Positions 1 to 11,000 of a stretch of 60,606 bases of DNA are shown here, piece by piece. The notes under the pieces are model-generated. The model searched no databases and was not told the DNA's origin. It saw only the letters and a list, made by a program, of their open reading frames with translations. Source of the DNA: a virus. Taxonomy: Duplodnaviria; Caudoviricetes. Location: IMG/VR virus record IMGVR_UViG_3300020473_000031, positions 1-60,606 of that record. One strand, 5' to 3'. Numbering within the stretch: position 1 is the first letter of the stretch; the number at the start of each line of letters is the position of its first letter. Made by a program: the position numbers and the translations under genes.

Positions 1-713
1 CGACCATTAAGTGTAACACCACCTAGCATTTGAATGCCATCATACTTACTTAAGTTACGACCCCACTGTTGTTGGAACAATGCTTCCACATAATCCTTCA
101 ACCAGTTATCATTATACATGGAAGTATAAGTTTCTGGGTCTTGACGCATATTACAATCAACCATAATATAATCACCTGGTGATATATCTTCCCAATCAAA
201 GTCCATATAAAGTCTGCCTTGATGCTCGTTCCATTTAATTCTACGATTTGCTTGAGAGTTGGTTACCCAATCTAAAGTCTCAAGATATTGAGAAGTCAAA
301 AAGTAATGTAAAATACGACCATGTGTCATATTGTACATATCATTCAAAAAGAGTTGATATTTAATATTGAATATATTACCACCAGACATTTTCGACATAC
401 CAATATTGGTATACACATGATTGATACCTAACATTCCTGGAGGTGTATCAATATAATTATCTGCACCATACCAATCAGTAGAACCTTCCTGTGAGAATCC
501 TTCTCCCTGATCCAACATAGCCTGTGTAACTTCAACTCTCATGAAAGTTTTATAACTTCCATTGTAATGATATTCCTGATAGTAATCAATTGCTTCTTCA
601 ATTAGATCATCTAGTTGCTCAGTAGCAACGTTAATGTCTATCGTAGGATATCCTAACCTACGCAGAGCATAATCTCTTATCTCAGTTTTAGTGGCTGGTC
701 TTGTAGCTGACAT
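1..713 (-). CDS. gp13: T4-like neck protein gp13 (3' end runs off the window)
   Basis: Not in the ORF track; hand-translated from the ATG at 713: MSATRPATKTEIRDYALRRLGYPTIDINVATEQLDDLIEEAIDYYQEYHYNGS...QQWGRNLSKYDGIQMLGGVTLNGR. LRRLG-P-I-INV and QWG-NL-K--G-Q--GGVTLNG are gp13 signatures. Confidence 0.93.
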   Translation of the reverse strand, partial: MSATRPATKTEIRDYALRRLGYPTIDINVATEQLDDLIEEAIDYYQEYHYNGSYKTFMRVEVTQAMLDQGEGFSQEGSTDWYGADNYIDTPPGMLGINHVYTNIGMSKMSGGNIFNIKYQLFLNDMYNMTHGRILHYFLTSQYLETLDWVTNSQANRRIKWNEHQGRLYMDFDWEDISPGDYIMVDCNMRQDPETYTSMYNDNWLKDYVEALFQQQWGRNLSKYDGIQMLGGVTLNG

Positions 714-718
714 TTATC

Positions 719-3700
719 TTAAGCGAATGATTGGATAGTCAAGTTAGTAACATCATTAGCACCAACGGTTTCTCCTTTCTTGAAGAACCCATCAACATTA
801 TCAACGGTGACTGAAGTAGCACCTAGAGCAGTGATAACTCCTGTTGAACCAGAAGTACCACCTGTAACAGTTGCACCAACTTCCATTGTTGTAATGTCAG
901 ATAGAGCAAAGGTGGCATTAGTAAAGGTAGTTGAAGTATTAAGTGAAGCTCCTGTACCATGTATAGCAGAAACTGGGATTGTTGCTCCATTACCATGTAT
1001 AGCAGAAACTGGGATAGTAGCATCGCCACCGCCACCTGTAATAGTTATAACTTCGGATGCTGCATAACCAGATCCATCAACATTAATAGCAACAGCAGTA
1101 ACATTTCCACTAGCATTAGCAGTTACATCAACTGTCAATCCTGTTCCTGATCCAGAGGATGTTGTAGCAACTCCAGTTGTAGTTCCTTCAGTATATCCAG
1201 TACCAGCAGCAGAGATAGTTCCAAGAGTCTTAACTCCAGATGCATTAGCATTTGTTAGTGTAATAGTTTCAGAAGCAGCATAGTTCAAACCATCATCAAC
1301 GATAGTTACACCAGTTACAGCACCTGAACCATCAACAGTAATAGAAACTGTTAATCCAGTACCAGATCCGCTTGCTGTTGTTGCAACAGTTCCTGCAGAA
1401 TATCCAGTACCAGCAGTAGCAATTGATCCAAGAGTCTTAACACCAGATGCATTTGCGTTAGCAATAGTTAATGTCTCACCATTTGCATATCCAGATCCAG
1501 CAGCATTAACTGAGACATTAGTAAGAACACCGTTTGTAGCAGTAATATCAACAGTAGCACCTGTTCCTGATCCAGAGGATGTTGTAGCAACTGCAGTTGC
1601 TGTTGTATATCCTGTACCACCTACCAAAGTACCAAGGTTAAGTGTAGAAACACCACCAAGGTTAGGGTTAGTAATAGTTAATGTATCACCAATTTCATAT
1701 CCAGAACCAGCAGCATTTAAAGCGATTGCAGTAACCACTCCACCTACTGTAGTAGTATCAACAGTTAACCCAGAACCAGTACCTCCACTAGTAGCAACTC
1801 CAGTTGCATTACTAAATCCACCAACACCATCAGTAGCAATTGATCCAAGTGTTACAACAGATCCAGGAGTAGGATCTCCAGATAGATTCAATACTAATGT
1901 AGTTGAAGTTGCAAGGTTATTAAGCATTGCACTCAATTGCTCAAATGCATTATCAAGTTTTGCTTGTACTCTTGCTTCTGTATAATATTGATTAGTTCCT
2001 TCAGAAAGATCAGTTGTAGATTTACTTGATAGATCTAAGTTTGCACCAGTTGCAGCTGCAACTCTTGCATTTGCTCTTGTGTCTGTGTAATAAAGATTTG
2101 TTGAACCTTCAGATAAATCATCAGTATCGGCAGCAGCAATACGTGCATCTGCTCTAGCATCTGTGTAATAAAGGTTACTACCCTCAGTGAGATCTCCTGT
2201 ATCAGCAGCAGCAATACGTGCGTCTGCCCTAGCATCAGTATAATAAAGGTTAGATGATCCTTCAGTTATATTGTCAGTATCAAACTCAGTAAAGTCTATT
2301 GCTAAGTCAGCAGTAGCAAGTTTAATACCTGTACCATATGTAAAATGAGTTCTAGTTCTAGTAGCAGTCGTGAATAGATTAGTAGATCCTTCAGTTACGT
2401 TATCTGTATTAATATCAGACTGAGTTACAGAAAGAGCACCTGAACCATCATGTGTAATACCTGTACCATATGTGAAGTGAGTTCTAGTCCTTGCAGCAGT
2501 TGTGAATAGGTTAGTAGAACCTTCTGTTACGTTATCAGTATTTACATCTGCCTGTGTAACTGTAAGAGTATACGTTCCAGCAGCATCATCATAAACCTTA
2601 GTGATACCTGTACCAGCAACTATAAGAGCATTAACTCTGTCATCTACACGTTCGTTAGTGAAGTATAAATTAGACCCTTCTGATAAATCACCTGTATCGT
2701 GGTTGGAGATATCTGAAACTTGACCAGTTACATTACCAGTTAAAGCACCAGTAATAGCAGTTATATTTGCAGCATCTGCAAAAATTCCTTGCCATCTAAC
2801 AGAAGATGTACCAAGATCGTATGTGCTATCTGCAGCAGGATTAAGATCCTTAGCAGTAGAAGTAGCACCTGTAAGATTACCAACTAAGTCTGAAGTAATC
2901 TCATTAGCAGCAAAGTCTCCAGATCCGTCACGTATGACTAAGTTGTTTGCAGCATTTGAACTTGCAGAAGCAACGTTAATTGTTGTGTTACCAGAAACAC
3001 CATCAGCATTAGTAAGTGTAATACCAGAGTTAGCTGTAACACCAAATGTTCTATGAGCATAAGTGTTTGCAGCAGTCCTGACCATGTATCCAGTACCAGT
3101 CTGTGCAGCAAGTGCAGTTATATCTGCATCATCGTAAGTAGTTGTAAGAGTAACAGCAGCACTACCATCAATGGATACGTTACCATTTACAACACCGTCA
3201 ATTGTTAATACTCTAGCAGTCTTCCATGCATCAGCAGTAGTTGCGTTACCTAAGAATCCAGCACCTGCACCAGTAGCACTAGCAGCAGTAATTTGATTAG
3301 CAGCAAAGTCTCCAGAAGCATCACGATTAACAACTGTAGATGCTGTATTAGCACTTGCAGTTGTCATATTATCAAGGTAATCAACGTTTAAGTTGTTAAC
3401 CTTAGTAGTAGATGCTATTGAGAATGGAGCAGTACCAGTACTTAAATTTGATATAACCTGACCATCAACTGTTATAGTACCATCTACATTTACATTATTA
3501 TCAACATCAAGTGCAGTACCAGCAGCAGTAAGATTTAAAGAACCAGCTCTAAGAGCACCGTCTGTACCAGCTAATACTTCAGAAGTATTTGTTGCATCTG
3601 TTATGAATGAGAATTGGTTTGCTGATCTGTCATATCCAAAGAACCCAATTTTAGCAGAGCCGTCGTAGTAACGGAACTCAACACCACGATCCTTAGCATC

Positions 3701-6700
3701 GTTAGACGCTGGTGCTGTGTCACCACCCAGAGTAATAATAGGGTCATCGAGAGTTGTGACCGTACTATTGACAGTAGTTGTTGATCCATTTACTATTAGG
3801 TTACCTCCAACCGTAAGATCATTATGGAATTCACCATCACCAGAAGTATTAGTTACAGTGAATGCTGAACGTGTATTAGTCGCATCATAAACTACAAAGT
3901 TTCCACCGATATATGTGTTCTTATCAATCGTTGCACCACCAGAAACTTGGAGAGCAACTGAACTATCTGCAAGTGATGTTGCATCCTGAGTATTACTAAT
4001 TACAAAATTACCTGAAACATCAGCATTAGCATTAAGATCTAATGCACTACTAAGTTCAGTATTACCATATACTCTCAACCCTTCACCAATCGCAAGATTC
4101 TTACCAATAGCAGCACCACCAGTTAATCTAATAGCACCATCAGCAGCGTATGATCCTGTTAATGTTTGTTGTGTGTTATTGGTAAATGTATTAACACCAG
4201 ATGTTCCGAATGTATCATTAATCTGTGTAGCATCACCAACGGTTAATGTACCAATGATATTTGTATTACCGTTATCGGTATCAACCTCAAACTTCGCAAC
4301 TGCAGAACCATTTTGTACAGAGAAGACTTCGTTGGCAGCATTAATTACAAGTGAATCAATAATATTTGTTTGACCTTGTACAGTTAACGTACCTTGTGTT
4401 TCTGTATTACCATTATCTGTATCAACAACAAACTTATCTACAGAACTATTGTTCTGTATTTTAAACATCTTATTGTCAGCATTGATAGTTACATTGTCTT
4501 GGAATGTAGCACCAGCATCAACATTTAATGTTGAATTTAATTCTGCAGCTGCATCAACAGTTAATGTACCTGATATATCTGTATTACCAGTTGCATTATC
4601 AACAAAGAATTTATCTGTTGTACCAGAACGAACAGCAAAGTCTGCATCAACATCAACAGTACCATTAAATTCTGAATTACCATTTTGTACTAGATCACCT
4701 TCAGATGTGATATCTCCTGAAGCACCTAGAACTTGAAACTTAATTGAATCTCCAGAGTTCTTCTTACCTACAAATAAACCTTCTCCAGATCCAGTACCAC
4801 CAACATGTAGTGAGGTGTTAATACCAGCACCACCATAGACTCTTAAGTTAGAAGTGTTATGATTTGAATAACTTGGAGTGTATGCACCAACAGAACCAGC
4901 ACGTAGTTTATATCTGACAGATAGGTAGTTCCTTAAACCATAGTTCTCAGTTGCATCTTCTTGCTGGTTAAAGTCACCGTTAAGATACAAGTCACCATTA
5001 AACAATACATTCTTATCAAAGTATGCACCACCATCTACTCTTAATGCACCATAGTCACTATTTTGAATTGTATGTGGAGCACCAGATAGAATATCAGGGT
5101 TATCTGTAGATTCAAAATGAACTAGGTCAGCAACATTTAATTTACCTTCAGTATTGGTGTCACCATTATCTGTATCAACAACAAACTTATCTACTCCAGC
5201 AGCAGTTTGAACTTTGAAGGTCTTATTATCTGCTTTAACAATAGTCTCATCAGATACTGTTAAAGTACCAGCAATAGCAGTATTACCAGATGCTGCTACA
5301 ACATTAAACTTGTTAGAATTAATATTAAGATTATTAGTTATATCAACAACACCATAGAATGATGCGTTACCTGTAGTGCTTTGTAGTTCGATACGATTAG
5401 TACCAGAACCATTGTTTAATTGTAAAACCTTAGAAGCACCTTGGATAACAATATTATCATCATGGAGAGTTGTACCATGAACAGTTAAGTTAGTATCAAT
5501 ATCTACTGAACCACCAATATTAACATCATCTCCAATACCAGCACCACCAGCAACTACCAAGTCTCCAGTAGTATTAGATGTTGAGTTAGTATTAGTTGTT
5601 AGTTTTAAATTTCCAGCAATGAGTCCAGCATCTGTTCCAGCGAATACCTCTGAGGTATTTGTGGCATCGTAGAGGAAGGTGAACGCTCCTGAATGTCCTC
5701 CAAGATCGTTGGCCGAATCGTCGTAACCAAAGAATCCAACCTTTGCCGAAGAGTCGTAATATCTGAATTCAACTCCTCTGTCTTTGCTGTCATCTGAAGC
5801 TGGAGCAGTATCACCACCAAGAGTGATAATAGGATCATCCAACGTAGTAACGGTTGAATTAACTGTTGTAGTCGTTCCATCAACTTGTAAATTACCTCGT
5901 ATAGTTACTAGACCTGTAACATCTCTATCATCATTAGGGTCTATTAATATATCACCAGTACCACCCATGTAGTCGCCTTGGAACCTTAAGTTCTCTACAT
6001 GAACTTTACCACCAGCATCTGATGCATCTATATCAACTACATCTTCTGCAGAAATAGTTACTGTACTTGTACCAGTACCAGAGTTAGTTGCAAGTATACT
6101 TAAAGATCTAGCAGAGGTTGAGTTCTGTGTAGTCTGGAATGTTAGATTACCATCTCCAGTCTTGTCTAGAGTTTGTGCAACCGCCCCATCAAGGGTAATG
6201 TCTGCATCACTAAAATAAAGTCTTGCGTTAATATCAACTTCTCCAGCACCACTATCACCAGTATTATTTGCCCCAAACAATAGATTACCACTTGTATCAT
6301 TAACCTTAACATAGTTGAGATAATTAAATCCACGGTATCCTGAAGTAGCAGTTAGTTCTTGGTCAAGGTCGAAGTCCTCTTTCGAGTTGCCGTCAGCAAA
6401 AGAAATTCTACTGTTTTGTAATTGATCATTATCAATAGCACCAGCAGCGAATGTAACATGACCTGCTGCAGATACATCAAAATCTTCTTGGTCAAATGAA
6501 GCAAGTCCTTTCTGAGGTGTTGCACTAGCACCAAGCCATCTCCATGATCCAGCATCAGTAGCATCAGTATGTGTAGGTGCTCCAGCTCCAGCAACTACAT
6601 CTGCAATAGCTTGATAAAGGTTTGATGCATTAGTAATTTGATCGTTTCTGGAATAGGTTGCTGCATTATCATATGCTGCTGCTGTAGTTCCTTGAGTTGC

Positions 6701-7531
6701 CGTTGCAATTGGTAATGTTGTTGATGCTGTTAGTCTACCATAATCATCAACTGTGTAGTTAGTAGCATTGACAGTTTCTGAACCTGCAATTGATGTTAGT
6801 GATGCTGCGTTATACTCAGCAGCAGTAACAGCAGTTGTGATAAGATCAATTGATGGATTATCATTAATACCAGCACCTTCACTAATTGCAATTCTTGTAG
6901 CAGTACCAGTAATAGTTCTGGTTTGCATAGCACCAGAACTTGTTCTAGCAATTAAACCAGTTGTAGTGAGAGCAGCAATTGCATTTAGATCATTATCATA
7001 TGGTTGAGCACCAGTTCCTTCTATACTTGTATCTAATCCATATGCAGCAAGAGTAGTTGGATTAGTTGCTGTTTTAATTCTTCCTTTAGCATCTACGGTA
7101 ACTTTAGTATACGTTCCTTCTGATTCAGCAGTACCATCATAATGTGGTAAAGTTGAAATTAGTTCTAAAGATGTAGATAAGTTTAAGTTTGTAGAACCAT
7201 CAAATACACCAGAAGCTTGAATATCATCAGAGAGTTGAATCTGACGTGTTGAAGCAAGTCGTGTAGCAGTAGAAGCATTACCAATTAGAGTTGATGTAAT
7301 AGTTGCTGCAGCAAAATTACCATCAGCATCCCTTTGAACCAATGTGTTTGCAGTATTTGATGTTGACTCAACTGGTCTCTCATACCTTAAAGAGTTCCAC
7401 GCTGAAACGCCATCTCCGATTTTAAATCGACCAGTGTCTAATTCTATCCCTAATTCACCTTGTGCCAATGTAGGGTTTGAGTTTGCCCATTCCTGAGCAC
7501 CACCTCTTCTTAACTGTATTCTATTTGCCAT
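719..7531 (-). CDS. Long tail-fibre-like virion protein (2270 aa) with Mtd-type N-terminal domain
   Basis: The N-terminus IQLRRG...W...NPTLAQGELGIELDTGRFKIGDG...WNSL resembles the major-tropism-determinant N-terminal domain. The rest has Gly/Thr/Asp-rich fibre repeats, EGS-NLYYT repeats and GxGY beta modules. A late promoter lies upstream. Confidence 0.8.
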   Translation of the reverse strand: MANRIQLRRGGAQEWANSNPTLAQGELGIELDTGRFKIGDGVSAWNSLRYERPVESTSNTANTLVQRDADGNFAAATITSTLIGNASTATRLASTRQIQLSDDIQASGVFDGSTNLNLSTSLELISTLPHYDGTAESEGTYTKVTVDAKGRIKTATNPTTLAAYGLDTSIEGTGAQPYDNDLNAIAALTTTGLIARTSSGAMQTRTITGTATRIAISEGAGINDNPSIDLITTAVTAAEYNAASLTSIAGSETVNATNYTVDDYGRLTASTTLPIATATQGTTAAAYDNAATYSRNDQITNASNLYQAIADVVAGAGAPTHTDATDAGSWRWLGASATPQKGLASFDQEDFDVSAAGHVTFAAGAIDNDQLQNSRISFADGNSKEDFDLDQELTATSGYRGFNYLNYVKVNDTSGNLLFGANNTGDSGAGEVDINARLYFSDADITLDGAVAQTLDKTGDGNLTFQTTQNSTSARSLSILATNSGTGTSTVTISAEDVVDIDASDAGGKVHVENLRFQGDYMGGTGDILIDPNDDRDVTGLVTIRGNLQVDGTTTTVNSTVTTLDDPIITLGGDTAPASDDSKDRGVEFRYYDSSAKVGFFGYDDSANDLGGHSGAFTFLYDATNTSEVFAGTDAGLIAGNLKLTTNTNSTSNTTGDLVVAGGAGIGDDVNIGGSVDIDTNLTVHGTTLHDDNIVIQGASKVLQLNNGSGTNRIELQSTTGNASFYGVVDITNNLNINSNKFNVVAASGNTAIAGTLTVSDETIVKADNKTFKVQTAAGVDKFVVDTDNGDTNTEGKLNVADLVHFESTDNPDILSGAPHTIQNSDYGALRVDGGAYFDKNVLFNGDLYLNGDFNQQEDATENYGLRNYLSVRYKLRAGSVGAYTPSYSNHNTSNLRVYGGAGINTSLHVGGTGSGEGLFVGKKNSGDSIKFQVLGASGDITSEGDLVQNGNSEFNGTVDVDADFAVRSGTTDKFFVDNATGNTDISGTLTVDAAAELNSTLNVDAGATFQDNVTINADNKMFKIQNNSSVDKFVVDTDNGNTETQGTLTVQGQTNIIDSLVINAANEVFSVQNGSAVAKFEVDTDNGNTNIIGTLTVGDATQINDTFGTSGVNTFTNNTQQTLTGSYAADGAIRLTGGAAIGKNLAIGEGLRVYGNTELSSALDLNANADVSGNFVISNTQDATSLADSSVALQVSGGATIDKNTYIGGNFVVYDATNTRSAFTVTNTSGDGEFHNDLTVGGNLIVNGSTTTVNSTVTTLDDPIITLGGDTAPASNDAKDRGVEFRYYDGSAKIGFFGYDRSANQFSFITDATNTSEVLAGTDGALRAGSLNLTAAGTALDVDNNVNVDGTITVDGQVISNLSTGTAPFSIASTTKVNNLNVDYLDNMTTASANTASTVVNRDASGDFAANQITAASATGAGAGFLGNATTADAWKTARVLTIDGVVNGNVSIDGSAAVTLTTTYDDADITALAAQTGTGYMVRTAANTYAHRTFGVTANSGITLTNADGVSGNTTINVASASSNAANNLVIRDGSGDFAANEITSDLVGNLTGATSTAKDLNPAADSTYDLGTSSVRWQGIFADAANITAITGALTGNVTGQVSDISNHDTGDLSEGSNLYFTNERVDDRVNALIVAGTGITKVYDDAAGTYTLTVTQADVNTDNVTEGSTNLFTTAARTRTHFTYGTGITHDGSGALSVTQSDINTDNVTEGSTNLFTTATRTRTHFTYGTGIKLATADLAIDFTEFDTDNITEGSSNLYYTDARADARIAAADTGDLTEGSNLYYTDARADARIAAADTDDLSEGSTNLYYTDTRANARVAAATGANLDLSSKSTTDLSEGTNQYYTEARVQAKLDNAFEQLSAMLNNLATSTTLVLNLSGDPTPGSVVTLGSIATDGVGGFSNATGVATSGGTGSGLTVDTTTVGGVVTAIALNAAGSGYEIGDTLTITNPNLGGVSTLNLGTLVGGTGYTTATAVATTSSGSGTGATVDITATNGVLTNVSVNAAGSGYANGETLTIANANASGVKTLGSIATAGTGYSAGTVATTASGSGTGLTVSITVDGSGAVTGVTIVDDGLNYAASETITLTNANASGVKTLGTISAAGTGYTEGTTTGVATTSSGSGTGLTVDVTANASGNVTAVAINVDGSGYAASEVITITGGGGDATIPVSAIHGNGATIPVSAIHGTGASLNTSTTFTNATFALSDITTMEVGATVTGGTSGSTGVITALGATSVTVDNVDGFFKKGETVGANDVTNLTIQSFA
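955..1015. repeat. 25-bp perfect direct repeat (period 36) encoding ATIPVSAIHG twice
   Basis: TACCATGTATAGCAGAAACTGGGAT at 955-979 and 991-1015. Confidence 0.9.
1140..1592. repeat. 33-bp identical direct repeat between two fibre modules (420 bp apart)
   Basis: CCTGTTCCTGATCCAGAGGATGTTGTAGCAACT at 1140-1172 and 1560-1592. Confidence 0.85.
1965..2705 (-). repeat. Seven EG(S/T)xNL(Y/F)xT fibre repeats
   Basis: LSEGSNLYFT, VTEGSTNLFTT (x2), ITEGSSNLYYT, LTEGSNLYYT, LSEGSTNLYYT and LSEGTNQYYT in the 2270-aa protein. Confidence 0.85.
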
Positions 7532-7567
7532 TTTATTGGAACAACTCTATAAAACATGCTTCCAAGT

Positions 7568-7574
7568 TATTTAT
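7568..7574 (-). promoter_or_regulatory. T4-type late promoter (ATAAATA)
   Basis: Minus-strand CATAAATAA about 37 nt upstream of the fibre ATG, just after a terminator. Confidence 0.75.
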
Positions 7575-7580
7575 GTCATT

Positions 7581-7606
7581 AAAAAGGGGGAACTTAATCC
7601 CCCTTT
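7581..7606 (-). terminator. Rho-independent terminator
   Basis: Minus strand AAAGGGGG-ATTAAGTT-CCCCC followed by TTTTT, just after the 78-aa ORF stop. Confidence 0.8.
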
Positions 7607-7608
7607 AA

Positions 7609-7845
7609 TTATTCTTGGTCGGTGATATCATCACCAGGTATATCTACATTATCCACTTCGGGTGTTGGTGGATTCTCTTGATAATATTCTAATGCTTCAA
7701 TAGCACCTTGTAGTTTTAAAGCAACTACTTCATTATCTTTAATCTTCTTTGCTGCTTCTTGGTTTTCATTCACCAAATTTTGCAAACGCTCTTTAAATTG
7801 AGCAAGCATCGTTTCTTGCGATACCTTTTCTACTGGGTCTGTCAT
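7609..7845 (-). CDS. Small coiled-coil hypothetical protein (possible fibre assembly factor)
   Basis: 78 aa with heptad-like LQNLVNENQEAAKKIKDNEVVALKLQGAIEALE; ATGA overlap with the upstream gene. Confidence 0.7.
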   Translation of the reverse strand: MTDPVEKVSQETMLAQFKERLQNLVNENQEAAKKIKDNEVVALKLQGAIEALEYYQENPPTPEVDNVDIPGDDITDQE

Positions 7846-8081
7846 GATACGGTTTTGTTAGCTAACGTTTTCAAGAGTGACTTTATTTCACTTATTTCTG
7901 ATTTTAACTCAGAAACCTCATTTTGTAAAGCCTGTCTTTCTGATATTTCTCTTTGACGCTTATTATAAGTCGCCATGTATTTATCATATTCTGATTGATT
8001 GGCATTAATTATAGCATTGGTATTAGGATCTCTAAACCAACCCTCTTTACCATCAACAGGTACTAAATCTTTTATGTCCAT
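7842..8081 (-). CDS. Small coiled-coil hypothetical protein downstream of the DUF4815 gene
   Basis: Start moved to MDIKDL at 8081 (TAATG coupling with the upstream stop); V-G-xxW-RD-xTNAIIN motif plus C-terminal coiled coil. Confidence 0.75.
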   Translation of the reverse strand: MDIKDLVPVDGKEGWFRDPNTNAIINANQSEYDKYMATYNKRQREISERQALQNEVSELKSEISEIKSLLKTLANKTVS

Positions 8082-11000
8082 TATGTAGCAAGGCAAATAG
8101 CACGTAGGTCTGCAATTAAAGGTACTCTAGCTTGGTTTGAAGATCTCATTACAATCTTAAGTTGGAATGCATTGAAGTTCAATCCACTAGTTTCATAGTA
8201 GTAATCCTTCCAAAGAATTTCTTCTGATGGTGCATCATCATATTGTAATGGTGCTGGCATTAAAGTCCAACCAACTGAATCAACATCATCACCACTTCCT
8301 GTCATGAATACTCTATAGTATACTCTAACTTCAGCTTGTGGAGGACGTGACATCTGGAAATCAACTCTTATAGATCTCGATTCTCTTGCTAGTCTTGCAA
8401 GACGAGTTATATAAACAGCATCATTCTGATCACCAAATGGTAATACTGAAACATCCTGTGATGTATCTATATTATTTTGCTGACCGTATGCTTCAGGACC
8501 ACCAGGCCACTTATTGATTCTATTCATTGTAGTTATCAATGAACATCTATCAAGGTCAACAACAGGAGATAGTGATTCCTTCTCTGTTGATAATTGAATC
8601 CTCATTGTGAGAGACTTAGTACCACTCAACTTAGCAAGTTCATTAACCTCAGAACAAATCATTCTTGGGTTATCGAAGAAGTTCATATTATTAAGAGTGA
8701 TAGGAACATACGTTCCATCATTAACAAATGAAGCTTGATCAACACTAGTACTTCCATTACCAATAGAAGTTGCACTTGTTGTATTAACAGTTGTAGTAAT
8801 ATCAGTTTCTGGTAAATCCATTGTTGAAACATTTGGTGTCATAGTTTCAAATTGTGTATTCTGACTAGCCCAAATTAGATCACCACCACCACGTATACCA
8901 TTTGTTGCTACACCTGTTATGTGAAGCATATAAGTATCTAACCAAGGACAAGATATACTTGTATGGGTCTTATTAATATCAATAAGTGGAATACCATCTA
9001 AGTTATAACACTCTACAATATCACCTGAAGAGTGTGCAACTTCAGTAGTACTATTAGCACCTCTACCACCAGTAGCTACTGTAATAGATTTACCATCACT
9101 TGCAACTGCAGCGTACTGAATAATCTCATCACCGATCTTAAGATAACCAGGATTACTAGCACTAATTGCTGCACCATTAACAACAGTATGGAAATCAGAT
9201 CCATCCTCAACGTTAATAGTAGTGGTTCCAACTGACAATGCACTTGTTAATGCAGTATTAGCAATCTCTGATACAGCACCTTCAACAGTAACATTATTTG
9301 TTCTGTTGTGCATACAATGATTTCTATGATATATCAATACCTCTTTATCATCTGCTGCGAATGTAGGAACACTTGCTAGGTAAGCACCACGAGAATCTCC
9401 AGAGTACGTTACATTAGCTACACTACCAGTGAATCCACCAGACTCACTAATAGTCTCTGATGCAGTAAAGCTACCAGTCACGTTAGTAAGTATTAAAGTA
9501 GCACCAACATAACTCTTAACAAGTCCAGTAATACCTGAAGAACCTCCAGTTACAGTTTCACCAACTGTTAATGAACCTGTACCAGAACCAACTGTTATTG
9601 TTGCTTCTGCTTGATATGAAGTTAATATGTATGTGGAACCATCTAACCAGTTACCAGTTATATCTGTTACTGTAACAGTATCTGCAACAGATCCAGAAGT
9701 TGTAGATGAAACAACAGTTGCCTGTGCATTAGTTCCTGTTTGAGTTACCCTAGCACCATCAGTAAATGTATACTGAGTTGTTTGTGGATCTAATGATAAT
9801 ACTTGTTTAGGTTTAATAGTTTGAATTGGGTTATTAATTAATCTATGAACACCACCGTTACCCTTACCTTGTGGTGTGTTATTAAGAACTACAGTACCTT
9901 TCTCCTTTGTAAAGTTAGCACGATATATCGTGAACTTAAGGTCTTCATACTGATCAGCAGTCCATGTAGATGCGTTCTGTGACTTGAATAAGACACCAGC
10001 ATAAGGCTGTTCTGATATAGTTCTAGTTCCTGTTACATCAACATCACCCATTCTAGAAATCCAGATCTTATATTCATTAGAGTCTGAAAGAAGAACGAAA
10101 CAATATTCCGTAGATGACTTAATATATACAGGTGCTTTAAACTTGAAGTTAGTCTTAACAGATGCAGTTTCAGATATTTCAATATTATCTGGTGTAACTG
10201 TTATGTCAGAGAATGGTAGAATAGTCTTTGTTGGATAACCATTTTCCATTGTTCTAATTTGCATAGAAACTGGAATATTAGTATCCTTAGTATTAAAGAA
10301 TAGATCAACACTAGATATGAATACACCACCTTCTTCTTCAACAATGAATGATTGAGCAAGAGGGTCATACCAACCAATCTGTCTAGATTCTGTTCTAGTA
10401 GTTGTAACAACTCTATCTTCACTAACTGTATCTCTAACAATCTCAGCATTTCTAACTGCGAGAACATTTTCTTGAACAGTCTGTAAAGTACCAGATGCTG
10501 AGTATGTAGTATCTGCAGATGAATCAACTGCTCCTAATGCCTTACTATTCTCTTCAGAAGTTGTGAATCTAAAGGATCTAGTACCTGTAGCCCAACGAGG
10601 GTTAGCATCATTCTTAGGAGAAGGTATAAAGAAACATCCTTGAATATTACCAACGTTGTCTGTTAACAGACGACGATCTCTAACAACTGCTCTAGCACCA
10701 GATGTTTGACCAACTAGAACTTCACCTACCTGCATATTACCAAAGTAATCTGGAGATACAGTTTCTGATATAGCAGTTATATCATGATTTAAATATATTG
10801 TTTGTGAAGAATATGAAGTAGGAAGAACTTCTGTACCCTTACCATAAGGATTAGTTTTATATCCATCATCAGGTGCAGCAACCTTTACTTGCATTCTTGA
10901 AGTTTCTCCTATAACTGTTTCACCAACAACAAATGGAGTCTCATTAGTACGAGCATCAGTTGTAGAGTTTTTAATTATCTCAATTACTTTAGGTGTAATA

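Noticed and set aside
719-7531. Diversity-generating retroelement suggested by the Mtd-like N-terminus
   Set aside because: There is no reverse transcriptase in the window and no repeat pair with adenine-specific mismatches; this domain is only a fibre anchor.
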